Made by a program: the position numbers and the translations under genes. The notes under the pieces were generated by a model, which worked only from the letters and a program-made list of their open reading frames with translations, searched no databases and was not told where the DNA came from. From Selaginella moellendorffii (Eukaryota > Plantae > Lycopodiophyta): a stretch of DNA of 64,000 nucleotides. The stretch is taken from positions 124,001-188,000 of the forward strand of contig NW_003314261.1 in the NCBI RefSeq assembly GCF_000143415.4, in the 5' to 3' direction. Shown here piece after piece: positions 25,801 to 39,700 of this stretch (the first letter of the stretch is position 1; every line of letters starts with the position of its first letter).

Positions 25801-26660
25801 CAGTGCACCAACTTATACTTAAAGCGCACCATAGATCACAACTTAGGAACTTAGTTCCCCTGCATTGCCAAGTCCTCTCACTTGACAAGTCTGTGATCAT
25901 GCATGGACTCCTTTATGCTCGGCCCCATGGGCCACCCCTTTTGAAGTTAGCACCTTCAACTAGGGGATTTGTCCCCCTGACTTGCCAATCTCACTTAGCA
26001 AGTCATCCAGCTACCATAACATGGTTCATGCATAAGCGTGAAAGTCCTTAACCATCGACTTTCATTCAAAGCCCTCTCTTTGAACACTCGGGAACTATTT
26101 CCCCAACCTTGATAGCCTCGACTCATGGCCAGCTTCAAGACCACGCTTTTGCTGTGCCACTCTGATTTTGCACGCTCTAGGAACCATTTACACTTGGCCT
26201 TTCTAGGTACTAAGCTACCTAGAATCGTCTTTGGGAACTTTGAAGGAACTCTGTCCTTTAGCTTGCTAAGGCCTCCTTTTTTGCAAGCTTTTTAGTTGCC
26301 ATATAGTTTAAATGGACAATTCCATATTTTAGACTTTCCATGGCATCATGGTTGCTAGCAACAACACCCTTGAGCCCCCACTTGATTCTCCACTCTCAAC
26401 TGGCATAACCACCCTTGGTTATGCTCTTCAATTCCTATAGTTTGGTTCTATCCCTTTATTATTTGCTTTTGGCTTCACACATTTTCTTTGGTCATTCTCC
26501 TCCAGACTAGGAGGATAGCTTTGCACTTTCTATAATGCCTTAGTAAGTATTCTTAGGGATGAACCGACCTGATAGTCTAGGGAGTGGTTCCTTAATCCAG
26601 GTATGCTCACCTTATAATCCCACACACCGGGATTAACGTTGTTGCTTATGGGCCCTTACA
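22817..26660 (-). mobile_element. Long-LTR family fragment: truncated 3' LTR (22817-24232) plus non-coding internal region
   Basis: LTR matches 12470-13947. Purine-rich tract on the minus strand next to 24232. 24900-26660 is the reverse complement of ~62195-64000. Confidence 0.88.
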
Positions 26661-29600
26661 TGCGGGGCTGGGTAGTTTTTGAGCTGAGCTCAAGTCAATG
26701 AAAGTCAATGAAAGTCAAAGGAAGTCAATACAATCCCCTAACTAGCAAAAGTTTAATGGCACTACCTTAGTTTGTCCCGAACCAAGAATTTTTAACATAA
26801 AATCTAGGTGTTTAAGGTATTCCATAAGCTCATGTAGATTATTGGTTCGACATGAACTAATCTTTTAGTCTACAAAAAAAGAAAATAATATATTAAACAA
26901 TATAATTTATATTAAAATCAGAATATATTCAATCTTCTTCTGCTTCCATATCCAGAAAAGTAGAAATGGGTATAGTGGAATGCTCCTTCACTATAGGCTC
27001 GTGTTGTATGTAATGTTGTGCCATACGTTCAGCATAAATAGGTAAGTGGAATTGACTTCGGTCCATATGATCATCCATATCATCAAGATCAAGTGTGTGG
27101 ACTGAAACACTGTGTGTAATAAGTGTAGACCTAATAAAATAGAAACATTTGAGAATAAATATTATAGATTATTTCAAGCACTAACATCACCTGTCGCAAA
27201 ATCTCATAAGAATGTCCTCAAAGGCACCCTCCTTCTCAAGTGCAAAAACTGCTCGGCCTGTCTCTTTTGCTGCCTGCACCATTGATCCAAATCCTGCTGT
27301 AGCATCAAGCACAATCCCCCTTCGCGGACAGAATAACTCCAACAAGATTTGCATGGCTGTGACCGAACGATATCGATAACCAGGGAACGCTGGGTGAAGA
27401 ACATCCGAGTCAATCACATTTGGGATGATGTCTGTAGAGCTGTCATATCCTGGTAAAGCAAGAGCAGCACGCTCGTCAGCTCGTGTGGCATTACGCCGGT
27501 TCCCAATGTGGCATAGAGCATGGTAGTTCCAGGAATAAATCTGGAAAAAAAAATAGAATAGAGTTAATTTATAAATAAAGAAGTCACACACCTTTCGCGT
27601 CTGCCTGCTAGTGCCTTTTGTGTCCACTGCCATACTCGAAAGAAGGCAGCCAGATGAAAACTCAACAAATCCATCATTGTTGTCAGCCAAGTGTGCGAGA
27701 AGGCCTTCCCACATTAGAGAGCGAGGAAGGATCATGACAACCACACCCTCGTATGTCATGAAGCTGCTCGCAACCTTTAAGGCTTGGGAAATGTGTTGGG
27801 CCTGCAACACATTCCATGACGGAGTATCCCCCTGCGGTGGTGGCATCCCATCGAGAAGATCGAAAAAGATGAAATCGATCTTCCTATAAGGTGTGAGCTG
27901 ACCCAAACCATGGATCCACCAATCAAGCTTGTAGAGCTCCCGACTAGTAGCATCTAAAAGCTGTGTGTAATCCCCAATGAGAACAGCAACTTCCCCAACA
28001 CTGGCCGTTGGGGATAGAGGGCGAACCTGAAAATCAACTATTAGAACTTGAAGATAAAATTCATGCTTACTAACCTGTTTATGCATCGCTGCAGAGGAGA
28101 GCTCTTCTAGGTCGTCATTTGTAGCCATAGGGAGGGATGGGAAGAATGTCTTAGTCCGCCGAAAAGACTGATGGCTGCTCTCTGCAACATCTATAAAAAT
28201 AAAAGTGAAGTCAAGAATGAATAAAAGAATGTTCCAAATCAAAGTCCTTACTCTCATGAAAGGCTTCATGACAGCCCCTTCGGGGGTTGCAAGGAGCAGG
28301 TGCTGGAATTTCTTGTGCTGGAATTTCCTGTACAGTTTCCTCTGGTTCAACGGTATTTGAATTTGGCATCTCCTGAATGGTTTCCTGAGTGCTGACTCCT
28401 ACGTTTAGTTGTTGAACTTCAACAACGTTGTTATCACAGTCAGAAAGAGCCTCTAGAAAATAAGAATATAACTCAATGTTAATATTTCCTAGCTAAGTGC
28501 TGAGTTTCAAGTGAACCTGGATGACATTCAAGGTAGAGATCTAGCTCAAAGTCCGATGTTGGCATCTGCTCCACGAGTTCAAGGTACCACGGGCATAGCT
28601 CCCTCTCATATGTACAAGGACAGTAGAACTCTGGCTCATACATCCCAAGCTTCTTGCCTCTAGTTAGGAGCTTCTGCAAAACACCGGTTGTGTATACCGG
28701 TGCGCCGGGGCAATATTTTAAATATCTACAAAGTAAAACAAAAATATAAATACCAATATATAAATGAGAATTGAAAAAATACCTGTAAACCATGCGCCTC
28801 GCAAGAAATGGTTGTCCTGGTTGGTTCTTGAACTCAGCCGAACTCGTCCCACCACGTGGAAGCCAACCATTCCCTAGCTCCGCAAGACAAGCACGAATAT
28901 ATTCTTCGAGAGTGATACCTGTGCGGGTGCTGGAAAGAAACTTCTCATCCCAGACTTGTAGCATCTCCTCACCAGCGGCAATACTCTGAGAAATGTACGC
29001 CTTCTCCTTCATCACCTTCTCCATCCTTATATCTCGCAGCGTTTTTCGTTGTTTCGCAGCCAAGTGTTGAGAAGTTCCAAGTAAACACTTTGTTCAACAA
29101 AGGACATTTTACTCTTCGAGATGTTGTAAATGAGTTCCTCCGGTGCCTTACCAGTTCCTACACACACAAGGAGCTATGAAATGTTTCACAAATTTTATAA
29201 GAACTTACGAACGCGAGAACAAATCTCGGCAATGCTATCAAGCCATTCCTGCCCGCGTCGTATGTCTGCAATCGAGAGCAAATTTTTCACCTTTGTTCTC
29301 TTCGTATTCAAATTCGCTGCTCAATCGCATGCCACTCCATCTCCTTTTGTTGCTCGTCTCCTTGGGCATTTTTAAAGAATGACGCTCTTTCTCCTTTGAT
29401 TATGGGCTGCAAGAAACATTATGTAAGTCGATACATACTTCAATACTAATTTACCTTCGCCCAGACAGCAACTAGAAAGTCAAGTGGCAGTTGGTACCAA
29501 GTCTGCAATTCTTGGCCTTTCCTAGCTGCTAGCTTCACTCGAATTGCTTCAAATACCTCACGATTGTACAACGTTTGGACCTCCTCTAGCGAGAGCATGC

Positions 29601-31079
29601 CAATAAATCGAAGGTGCTCAATGTCATGTACCAATGTATGAGCTTGAAACGCAAATTGGTTTAGCCTGCAAAAACACGATATTAGCTAAGTTTACAAAAA
29701 ATAAATTCTTACATGTTGATCTTATGGCATGCCATGTTGAGCTTCACAGTGTGCTCCCGAGTCATTGGTTCGACAAGTGTGACTGGAACACTAATGTGTC
29801 ATTCTTCGTCATCTTAGAACTTCTCTTGAATGCACTTCCAAAATGCCAGCCACCTATGGTTTCTATCGATCACCCAAAAGAGCTTTCCAATGAACCCTGC
29901 TATCTCCACATGTTATCCTAAGAATCCATCAAACTCACGAGACTTTCGCAACCATATAGGATCCCATTTTTCCTCAAGTTCAGTAGTCACTGACTCTGTC
30001 CGGCCAGTTCCAGGGAAAGTTGGTGAAACGATGAAGGTACCAGCTGTGCTCCCAAACCCGACCTCGGCAAAAGAGCTGTAGATAGCCATGTTGAGGTCGT
30101 AAGCGTAGCGCGCCCAATGGCTTTGAACCAATCGGCACAAAGGAACTAGAAATCGATGAGGGCCATTCCACGCCATTTCCTGTAACACTTTACTGACTGT
30201 CCATTCTTGAGCTTGGATAATCGTGTCCCGAACACGATCATTCAAGATAGTGTCAAAATCATGCATGCATAATCCCTCACCACCACTAGCTCCCCTTGCA
30301 CCACCAGCCTGAGGAGCAGTAGGAGCAGCTACCATGCCCCCAGTAGCCTCTGTAGTAGATCCACTTACAACGCTACCAATAATGTCCTCAAAGCTCTATT
30401 TCGTTAAAGTGGGATTTATTCAGTAAAATGGGACTATGTACAAATTTTCAAGTATTTGAAAATGACGTGAAATTATATGTTTTTTGTCCAGGGGCTAGAC
30501 ATATCTGGGGCATGGTGACTAGCGCGGTGACTTTGTGTCCAGACTGAGTCCATCTGGTTGTATAATAAATCTCATTGTCAAGGTGAACAAGCCGAATCTG
30601 AAGCTAAAGAAGAGCGATGGCATGCGCGCACACACTATTTGTTTGTTCATTGAGCGTGTGGTGAGCTTTCCAAGATGAACGTCATTCCTATTAGCCAGAC
30701 ATATAACTTAATGGTGAGAACATTTAGATATTATTCAATGTTATCTTTTTCTAACGAATCTAATTGTGAAGGTGTAGCAAGAGGCATTGCTAGTCTGGAG
30801 AAGTCATTTAACTCATTTGACCCTTAGTGTATTTTCATGAAACTAAATAACATTCATATTATTAAGGAATTTCTCTAGTACCTTTTTTTTACGACATAGA
30901 GGCTTGCATTTCTTTCAAAGGTGATTTAGTAAAAGGCCTGAGGGCACATGCCATTCTATTTCTCAGACCGGTATTAAAATATACTAGTGCAAAGGGCCAC
31001 ATGCCATCACGCCTCCTCTAATTCAGATTCGGATTGTTCACCTTGAAATAAAATACATTAGAAACTTAGTAAAGGAATA

Positions 31080-34000
31080 TTAAATCTCACCTTGAACCCG
31101 GGTTATGAATGCTCTTGCTGCATCTCTTGCATGGTCTGGCAAGGTGATGGTGGCACTCTGCTTCCGCATCCAACCATGCACAACATTATCCACCGATATG
31201 CTCATGCTGGGATCCCTTGGATTCAGCACCCATCTCTTTTCTAGGCAATCCTTCGTATATCCGGAACTTGGCTTGAACCACTCCACAGTTACATTGAAGG
31301 AGTTAGTTTCCACGTCCTCCTCTGCATCAGTGATGCAGCGCCCCACCCATATCATTTGTTTTTTATTACTGGGTCTGACAAGCACGACCATTCCTTTGCA
31401 GACTTGTACTGGATTGAATGCTGAATCCGGCTTCTTGTTCCTCGGCCCACAATAGTGATCCTCAACATCGTTATCTGTCACTGCATTTCCAGAGGACATT
31501 GTTCCGCTACTATCTGGTGCTCTGGGTTCTGGCCAAAAGGACTCTTCCAATTCTTCATATACAACCGGCCCATTTTGGATAGCAGATATAATCTTCTCCC
31601 AGTATTTGAGCAAAGGCTTGCACCTCTTAAAATAGGATTCTCCACCAAACACAACCCCCTCTTCCAGAAGGCAATATGCTGTCTAATCCCGGCCACTATA
31701 CTTTCCTGGTCTTTGAGTCCATCCGGGTGCATCGGCCGTGGGGAACCCTGAGGAATCATAGGTTCCCCAGTTATGGGATCTCTCTTGAAGAGTTCAATGC
31801 CATCCACTGGCAGCCACACTGTGTCCCATTCTCTCATCTTGTACCTCATCACTGGAGCACCGTCACGCATGCTGAAATGAAACTGAAGAGGCTTGGAGTG
31901 GCCAATCAGCGTTTCGGATCCGTCCCTGATGTAGCCTCTTACAAACCCCTTAAAGTCTGGAACCTCTGTCACAAGTGCAGCTTCAACAGTGCCTTTGATG
32001 CAATTTTGGAATTCATCGTAGAGTTGTGGGAGGGTGAGGACATTGGATCGCCGGAGGGACTCTGCCAAGTGACTGAACATGGCATCGACGTCTTCATGAG
32101 TGTGCCCAACCATGAGAAAGCCAAGTGTAACCGTTTCAAATATGCCTTTGGCAACAAGCATCGCCAAGTACGCGAAGACGTACATGTTTTTGTTCTCACT
32201 GCCAGCATTGTCTGTTTGGAGCAGAAGATGGGGTGGAAGGCCACATCGGCCGCAAGAACTTCCTTGAGATTCTGCTTCGTTTGGATGAGGCTGTGCATTC
32301 ACCGGGCGACCAGCCTCGTCGGAATGGCATGAGGCCTCACGTGATAACCCTACAATCTGACGGCCAACATATTCACTGGGATGGCATGGGGCCCCACGCG
32401 ATACTGCAAGCCTTTGCTCCTCCTCCAGCTGAACCCTGTATGGGGTTCGATCGACAAGGGCCTTATGCAAGGGTTGGCCGTTCAGCTCAATCTGCGCACT
32501 TTGCAGAGACCTTAAGTGTTTTGCTAGGGACGCAATCATCATGTTTGCACTCCCGCCACCCCATAGAGGTACAAAGAAGTTCCCATAGTTCTGGGCACCA
32601 TGCCCATGAGCGATTATGCCAAACAGAGACACAGGCAGCTGCATGGATGAAGAGATTGCCTTGGGGGCAGGATTGAGTCGAGGTAAGCACGTCTTTTTCT
32701 GGTCCATTTTGTCGTGGATGATGCAGAGGTAAGAGTCAGGTCTTTCCATGGAGAGAATCCTGTTATGATAATATGCAGTCCTGCAGCTTCTCTGCTCGAT
32801 GTTGTGGTCGAGCCGCCTTCTAACCAACGTCTCTCGCTCTTGAGCGCTGCAAGAATTCTTCGACAAAGCCATTTTGATAGCAGTGCACTCGTCACACTTT
32901 GAAAAGCTGGAGTACTTTCCTATACTCACATCCCTGAACCTGTTGCTCCACAATCTACTAAATCTAGATTGGCTCAGCTTCCTGTAGCCATTACTCTGGA
33001 GTTCCCGATTCACATCTTCCAATATGGCCCCCTTGGTATACATGGAAGGGAGAACTCGTTGGGTGTCTCGTGTTCCATCTTCCAAGAGGCGGGTTTTATG
33101 TGGTTGCTGCTCGCTACATGTCTCGACAAACCTCTTGAAGATTGCCTCTCCATATACAACATGACCCCTGGTTTTGTGCGTACCGTCGTTCCCATGGACT
33201 GCCTGTTGAACCCTTTGTTCCTCGAACTCAGTTTTGATTCTGTAGAATGTGGTTCGAGGGACTCCATAAATGATTCTCCATGCCTTCATGCAGACCAAAC
33301 CCCTCTGGAAGACCATGCCCCCCACCTGATGTTCTGAAGTATCAACAGATGACCGTAATGCCTCATACACAAAATTGCGAGCTGCCTTCCAGGACAATGT
33401 CTTGTATCTTGCTCTCTCCTCTTCAATAGCATCCCAATCAGCATGTTGACAGCACCTCCTCTTGCAACAAGCAACTGTCGAGACCATTCGAACCTCCATC
33501 GCCATTTTCTGCCTTTTCGGTTCGTTGCTCAGATCCCTTTGGCTGCGCTGTAGGAAGGTGTACTTTCTTTTCCCATGAAGAGATGTTCTGTCATCAGTTG
33601 TAGTGGTGTTTGATTGTGAATCCTTCACATTCTCAAACACTAAATGCCTCAATTTCCACCGCACAATGCTTCCAATAGTCAGACTGTTTTCTTCTGTGTC
33701 AACAACCTCTAAAATTGCAACTCCAATATCATCCCAGCCCAATTCTTGATTAGCAACCGCATCTCTTGGATCGACAACTGTGGCTAAGCCCTCAGCTACC
33801 ACCTCCCCCTCGGGGTTGTTTAGAAACACCTTTGCCTGAATCCATGTAGCACGGTTCTTAAGATCCACGGAGGGAACATGCATCGCACTTGCGCTGTCCC
33901 CAACATCTGCTTTCTTCTGCAGATTTTTCAAGGCAACAACAACATTTACCCTGACGACCATCTCTCCTCGTTCAATAGCGACCACATTCCCATCGAAGAC

Positions 34001-34144
34001 AGTCTCTACTGATACAGCAGCATTGCCTTCCCCAAGCCTTTGACAGTGTATAACAAAGTTCCGATCCATAGACACAAGGGTCCCTTTTGCAACTCTCTTC
34101 CCACCATTCAAAATGTAAACTTTTTCCCCAACCCTGAAGGCCAT
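31080..34144 (-). CDS. Sola/DUF7869-type DDD transposase with one frameshift near 31650 (ORFs 31478-34144 and 31080-31652)
   Basis: Motifs CCKRRC, FSKCDEC, IIHDKMDQKK, LQTDNAGSENKN and FLMVGHTHEDVDAMFS. Two N-terminal Tnp1/En-Spm-like beta repeats. C-terminal Tudor/BAH-like segment (GMVVLVRP...IWVGRC...VTVEWFKP). Confidence 0.82.
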
Positions 34145-34497
34145 TCTGAAAGTGCAGAAAAGAAGTTAAGACCATACAAAAAATGATTGGAGAATGGCCT
34201 AAATCATAACATACCAAATAGCATGAGGCCACATGCCATTATTCAAACATGCTATTGACACCCACGTGAAATTTCGCATTCACAAAATTGGCATGAGGCC
34301 TCATGCCATCTTGATATACACACAGCTGCAGGCAAGTAAAAACATACATGACAATACGCTAGCCATGAAATTGCAAGGGCCCAAGATGGCATGTGGCCTC
34401 ATGCCATTTCTAAATGTGGTCCTAAACCATTCCATGGTGAACATACCAGGAAGCACAAGTGCCGAATATCAAGAGGAAGCGGTAGCCACACCAAAGA

Positions 34498-34690
34498 CAG
34501 TGCCGCTCGCAACACCGCAACTACTCGTAGCGCCGCTCACAACACCGCAACTGCTCGTAGCGCCGCTCGCACAAACTGCCACTCGCATAAACTGCCGCTC
34601 GCAATGGCGCTCGCAATGCCGCAACCGCTTGTAGACGCATAAACCACAGCTCACAACGCCGCTTACACAAGCAGCGCTCACTGCGCTCAG
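34498..34690. repeat. CpG-rich degenerate (CCGCTCGCA/ACACCGCA) repeats upstream of the transposase
   Basis: Directly visible. A matching CpG-rich repeat block (CTCGCGCTTGCATCACA) lies at 36355-36500 upstream of the opposite gene. Confidence 0.7.
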
Positions 34691-35429
34691 CAGAACCAAG
34701 AACACGGCGCACAAAAATGATAGACCTAGGAATGAGTTCGAGAATTCAAAAATAACACACGCTTGAACGTCACATCAAATCTTCTGACAAACCAGATCTT
34801 ATGATTCCTCTGACAAATTTCAAACTGAGTAGCTTCTAGACTTTGCTGTCGGAGGTTGAACTTTGTCACATCATGTCCTTGCCTCGATCCAGCTGTACCA
34901 TGTCAGTGATTCGAACTTTGCCATGCCATGTCAGCGATCCGCGCCAAGATTATTCGCCGTGTAAAGGAATAATTATGCTGTGTGTGTACGTCCATTTATG
35001 GCAATATAAGGCCACATGCCATTCAAAGAATAATGCTAGTCGAGCATCTTTTGGTGCATTTTTGGGTTCAAAATTGCATGAGCCCACACGCTATAAAGTT
35101 TACCTGTACCAAAAATAGAAACAGCTTTATTTACTTGGGAATTTATATGGTTGAGGCATTTTTAAACTTACAAACACATGCCCTACTTACATTCCTTTGG
35201 TTGCTTAAAATTCAAAAATATTATAAACCTTTCTTTTTGCATTTTCAATGTTTTCAATTATGGTTTTTGATTTTCGCAGGACCAGCCTAGTAATCTATTT
35301 GCATCCCGTCATGTTTATAGCTAGCTTTCGTTTGTCCCCTTCGCTAGCCTGAGATACATCTGCTCGGCATCTGCCTCTTACAGCATTTGCCCAGAAAGGG
35401 CATCTTTCTTCACGCAGCATTTGCCACAT

Positions 35430-35455
35430 GTTTAGGGTTAGGGTTTAGGGTTTAG
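35430..35455. promoter_or_regulatory. Telo-box / short TTTAGGG tract in the divergent intergenic region of element C
   Basis: tttagggttagggtttagggtttag. Function is inferred only. Confidence 0.4.
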
Positions 35456-36700
35456 CAATTCAGTAGCTTGATAAACATGCAAATACAAAACTTGATGCAA
35501 AATCCTTTGATATGTCACAATGCCCCTAGGACCATAAACACATTTCAATAGAGAGGGTCCTTTCATTTCATAACTCCTTACGTAGATCTTGGTGAAACCA
35601 GAGTTAGTGAAGTTGGTTTCTTGTGATCCCGCATCTGATTGTGATGTCCCTTTGCAGTGTCGATGGAAAGGTCAATGCACACCAAACTGTAGAATCTTGG
35701 AGCAAAATAACGGTCGGATCTATGGCAAATGCCCCTGAAACATTGTAAGGCTCGTGTGGTCTCATGTGGTGTCCGATCGAGATGCTTCTTTGCAGAGTCA
35801 TCAAGAAGGACATTGTATACCATTCTGTAAAATCTAGTTGCGATCTAACGGTTGGATCTCCAGGAAACTCAAAACAATCTCGCGCGTGTCAGAATATTCT
35901 AGGAATATACTCCTATGTGCTCCTGAAAATGGCATGCGGCCCCACGCCATTCAAGAGATAATGCCAGATGACGCCGAGCATTTTTTGGTGCATTTTTTGG
36001 GATCAAAATTGCATGAGCCCACATGCTTGAACGTCACATCAAATCCTCTGACAATTTATTTAGCTGAACATCTGGCATTTTTGGAAATACAAGATGCTTT
36101 GGAATATCCAATCATGCATGGTATAAATATAGCGAGGGTATTAAATGATATCCCAATCATGATCTTTCTTTTGGATTTCGCGTGCATGCAGTCCGAGGAA
36201 TGATGACGTTGCGGATTTCTTTTGGATTTCACGCATGCGCGCGCCGATCCAGAAATTAATGGTGGCGCCCAAGTCCGAGAAATGATGACGTGGCGGGATT
36301 ACCAACCGTCGTGACATTTCGCACGTGTGAGGTTAGGTTTTGCATTTTGCTTCGTACTCGCGCTCGCATCGCGCTCCCACTCGTGCTCCCACTTCTCTAC
36401 AGGTTTCTCGTGTGCATCGGCGTCCACTCGCGCTTGCATCACACTCGCGCTTGCATCACACTTGCGCTCGCATCGCGCTCGTGTGCATCGGCGTCCACTT
36501 CAAGACACACCCAGTTTGTAACTTCGCCGCCAACTCCGCCGCCCACTCCGCCACCCACACGCAGCCCACTTGGCGTCCCGGGAGATTTCAGCGCCACTCT
36601 CCAACTGTAAGTGGCAGAGTAGCCTTGCTGCTACGATCCGCTGCACACACAGTGCACATTCGCCAGCGAGTCCGGTTGTCACGCCTCCATTCGGCTTCAA

Positions 36701-39700
36701 ATGGTAAGTCTTTTAGGCCAAGTAGAAAATGGCATGAGGCCACATGCCATTCAGTAGCAACATTGGCATGCACCGATTGGGCTCTCGAGTGCAGTCCGGT
36801 TACAGATGGCGTGTAGCCTCACGCCATCTTAGGATGCAGCCTCAAGACATCTGATGCAGTGGTGAATGGCGTGTGGCCTCACGTTATTTCCAGCTACTAG
36901 CTTTTCATCTGTCAGCTCTAATTGTTGTGCATTTCTGAACAGGCGAGGAATTGCGTTCTTCTTCCAGCCACTGTCAATGTGGATGCAGAGAAGGGGGAGG
37001 AGCTCACCAGTTGGACTTTCGGGATAGAAGGCGAGGATCTGAGGCTGTACAACACAGATGGTGGGAGAAAAGAATGCATGGGGATCCTCATCCAAGTGAC
37101 AGACACTCCATGCAGTTCCATGCAAGAATATGGACTGACACTTGTGGTAGAGACAGCGTCTGCCTTCAAGATCCACCTTGCACATCCTAGCGGCTTCCCG
37201 GAGGGGGGCAGCGGCTATGAGGAATTCCTAGAGGGAGCTAGGGAGAGGTTGTCCAGGAGGCCCACAATTTCAAAGACGCTGCGGGTCTATGAAGATCACA
37301 TGGAATCCACGGACCTCACCTACGGCGATGTTCAAAAACTATATTCCAACATTGAGCCGTTGAGAGTGACTCCAGTTCGCGAAGCAAAGGGGAAGGGGGT
37401 CGATCTGGAAACTACCTCGAAGCAGAAAAGGGTGGTCAAGCTCAAGCCGACGTCCGACTCTCCTGCTCCAAAAAAGAAGCTACTCAGTGATGCCATTGCC
37501 TCGGGTTCGAACACTACACCCACCAAAAAGAAGAGCCGCAAAGAGCAGAAAGAGCAAGAAGAGGCAGCAAAAATCATCGCAGATAATAGTACTTGTTACT
37601 ATTCCAACAAAGTATATACAATCGACGTGAGCCGTATCGACATCCAAAGCAAATACAACCACAGGCTAGTATCTGATGAGTGGGTGGAGAAATTGAAGCA
37701 GAAGATGCTGGCAAGTCCAGTAACACCCGACATCGCAGACGTGATCCCCTACTACCAAAAAATGAAGGGCGAGATGAGGTTTCCAGACTTGATCAATAGG
37801 AAGGTGTTGGACGATCAGAACATCCGGTTCTATGCCGTCTCCAGGCAGCATTCTAGCTTGGCGATGCAAAAGATAGTTGTGGATATTATGGTGGGCGAGG
37901 AGGTGAAGAAAGTCTTCAAGACAAGAGTTGTCCGCCTGATAAAAGGCAACTCGCCCCTCCGATCTATCATATACATCTCCCACGCGCAGAATGTCAAGCA
38001 AGAAACGTGCTACAAATCGGGTCTACACGAGACATTGGCACGAACACGGAAGCTCTGGGTTCAACTGAAGAAGCCACAAAAACCAGGACAAGGACGTGCA
38101 CTAGCAACTAGCGCCTGGCAGGTAAGCCTCGTTGTATGTGGCATAGCATGTGGCCTCACGCCATTTCCATTGCAGGAATTCTCGAGTCTTCTCTCGAAAA
38201 CACTGGGGGTCAATGACACACTCAGCATCCATAACATTCTACTCGCGACAAAAGTTGTTTTTGACAAATGGGTAGATGTGCTGAGGAGGTACCATGACGG
38301 GGAGTTGCCAAACTCAATGGGTGTGGAGGACGGCCGGAAGCCCAATGATTTGAAGCTCAACGCCTTGCGTTTCTCGCGGTCTCTAGACGACGACGACCTT
38401 CTGACAGTGGCTAATGCTCTTCTACGTGGTGAGGTTGTCTTCAACAAGACCAACCATGGATCTCCCGCATCTCCTTGCTCCAAGGATTGGATCTTCGAGC
38501 AAGTGGCCGTGGAGAGGGTGAGCATCGACACCACGCAAGAGATGATGGAAGCGCTGGAGTTGTCAAATGAAGACATCGACGAGTACGTGAAGGGGGCCCC
38601 CAAGTTCATCGATCTGCTGCGGGATGCCACGAAAAGTAAAGCTGAGAAGTTGGATCAGTATCCAAATTTCATTAAGATTGATGTCGACCGCCGGCTTCAG
38701 AAACAGCTCGACCCCGCAGCAGAGGCCTATCGAGAACCTTACCGGGTATACTTGAATTCGGATGAGGATCAAAGGTGGAGGAGCATCGTTTCCCGCGGAG
38801 ATGAGCAGGTCAAGAACATCTTTTGTGTGATGGACTTCACAAACGAGGAGATCACTCATGCAGACGAAGTCAGCTCCATCATTGACTTAATGGTGGGACT
38901 TGCGGAGGTGGAATCTTCAGTCCACTATATGATCTACGACTCCGAATCCTATCACAAGTTCTGGAAGGCCTTGAACGAGGTGAAGGCTCGGTTGAAAGGC
39001 AAAGAGATGCGGGAGATCCATGGGATAATGGCTAAGAAGAAGATACCGACGAATGTCCGCATCTTCACACTCGCCCTTGTTATTGGTCCTGCAGCAGAGT
39101 GGGACTGGAGTGACTTCCCAGCTTCGTTCGACAAGGCCAATCGAATTGATCTGAGGGAGGTCAATTTACCCGTGCCTGAGGAACTGAAGACGGCTATGGA
39201 GCTTTCGAATCCAAAGAAAGCTCAAGGTGCAGCATGGGAAATGCTCAGCTGGGTCTTCAACGCAATAGCAGGTGGGTCACCTGCTTCCGACTCCAAGGGC
39301 AAATGCGTTGTCGAGTACAACTGCGGCGGACTATTCTTTCGAGCCGCACTACTCAAGGGTGTCCCGTGTGTTGCGGTGACAAACTCCATTGAAGAGGTGA
39401 CTTCAATGGAGCATATAATTACAGTTGCCAAAGAAAAACAGTATCTTCTCTGCGAACCTGGTGAGTACGCACTTTAAGTTTAAATGTTATCTCACAAGCT
39501 TTGTATGCAGGAGCGTGGCCACCCCCAGATGCTGAAACGGCGTTAACAGCTACTGTTGAAGATACCCATGTTGGGCCGAGCTCACAACCTGCACAAGGTA
39601 AGGTCACGTGAGGCCTCACGCCATTTTGATTATAGATCGTTGTGAATATTCAGACACGAGGACTGAAAAGCGCACTGGTGGCGCATCGAAGAAGGACAAA

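Noticed and set aside
31105-33474. Many antisense or alternate-frame ORFs over the transposase, and over 37332-39431 and 41360-42292
   Set aside because: Shadows of the real coding strand.
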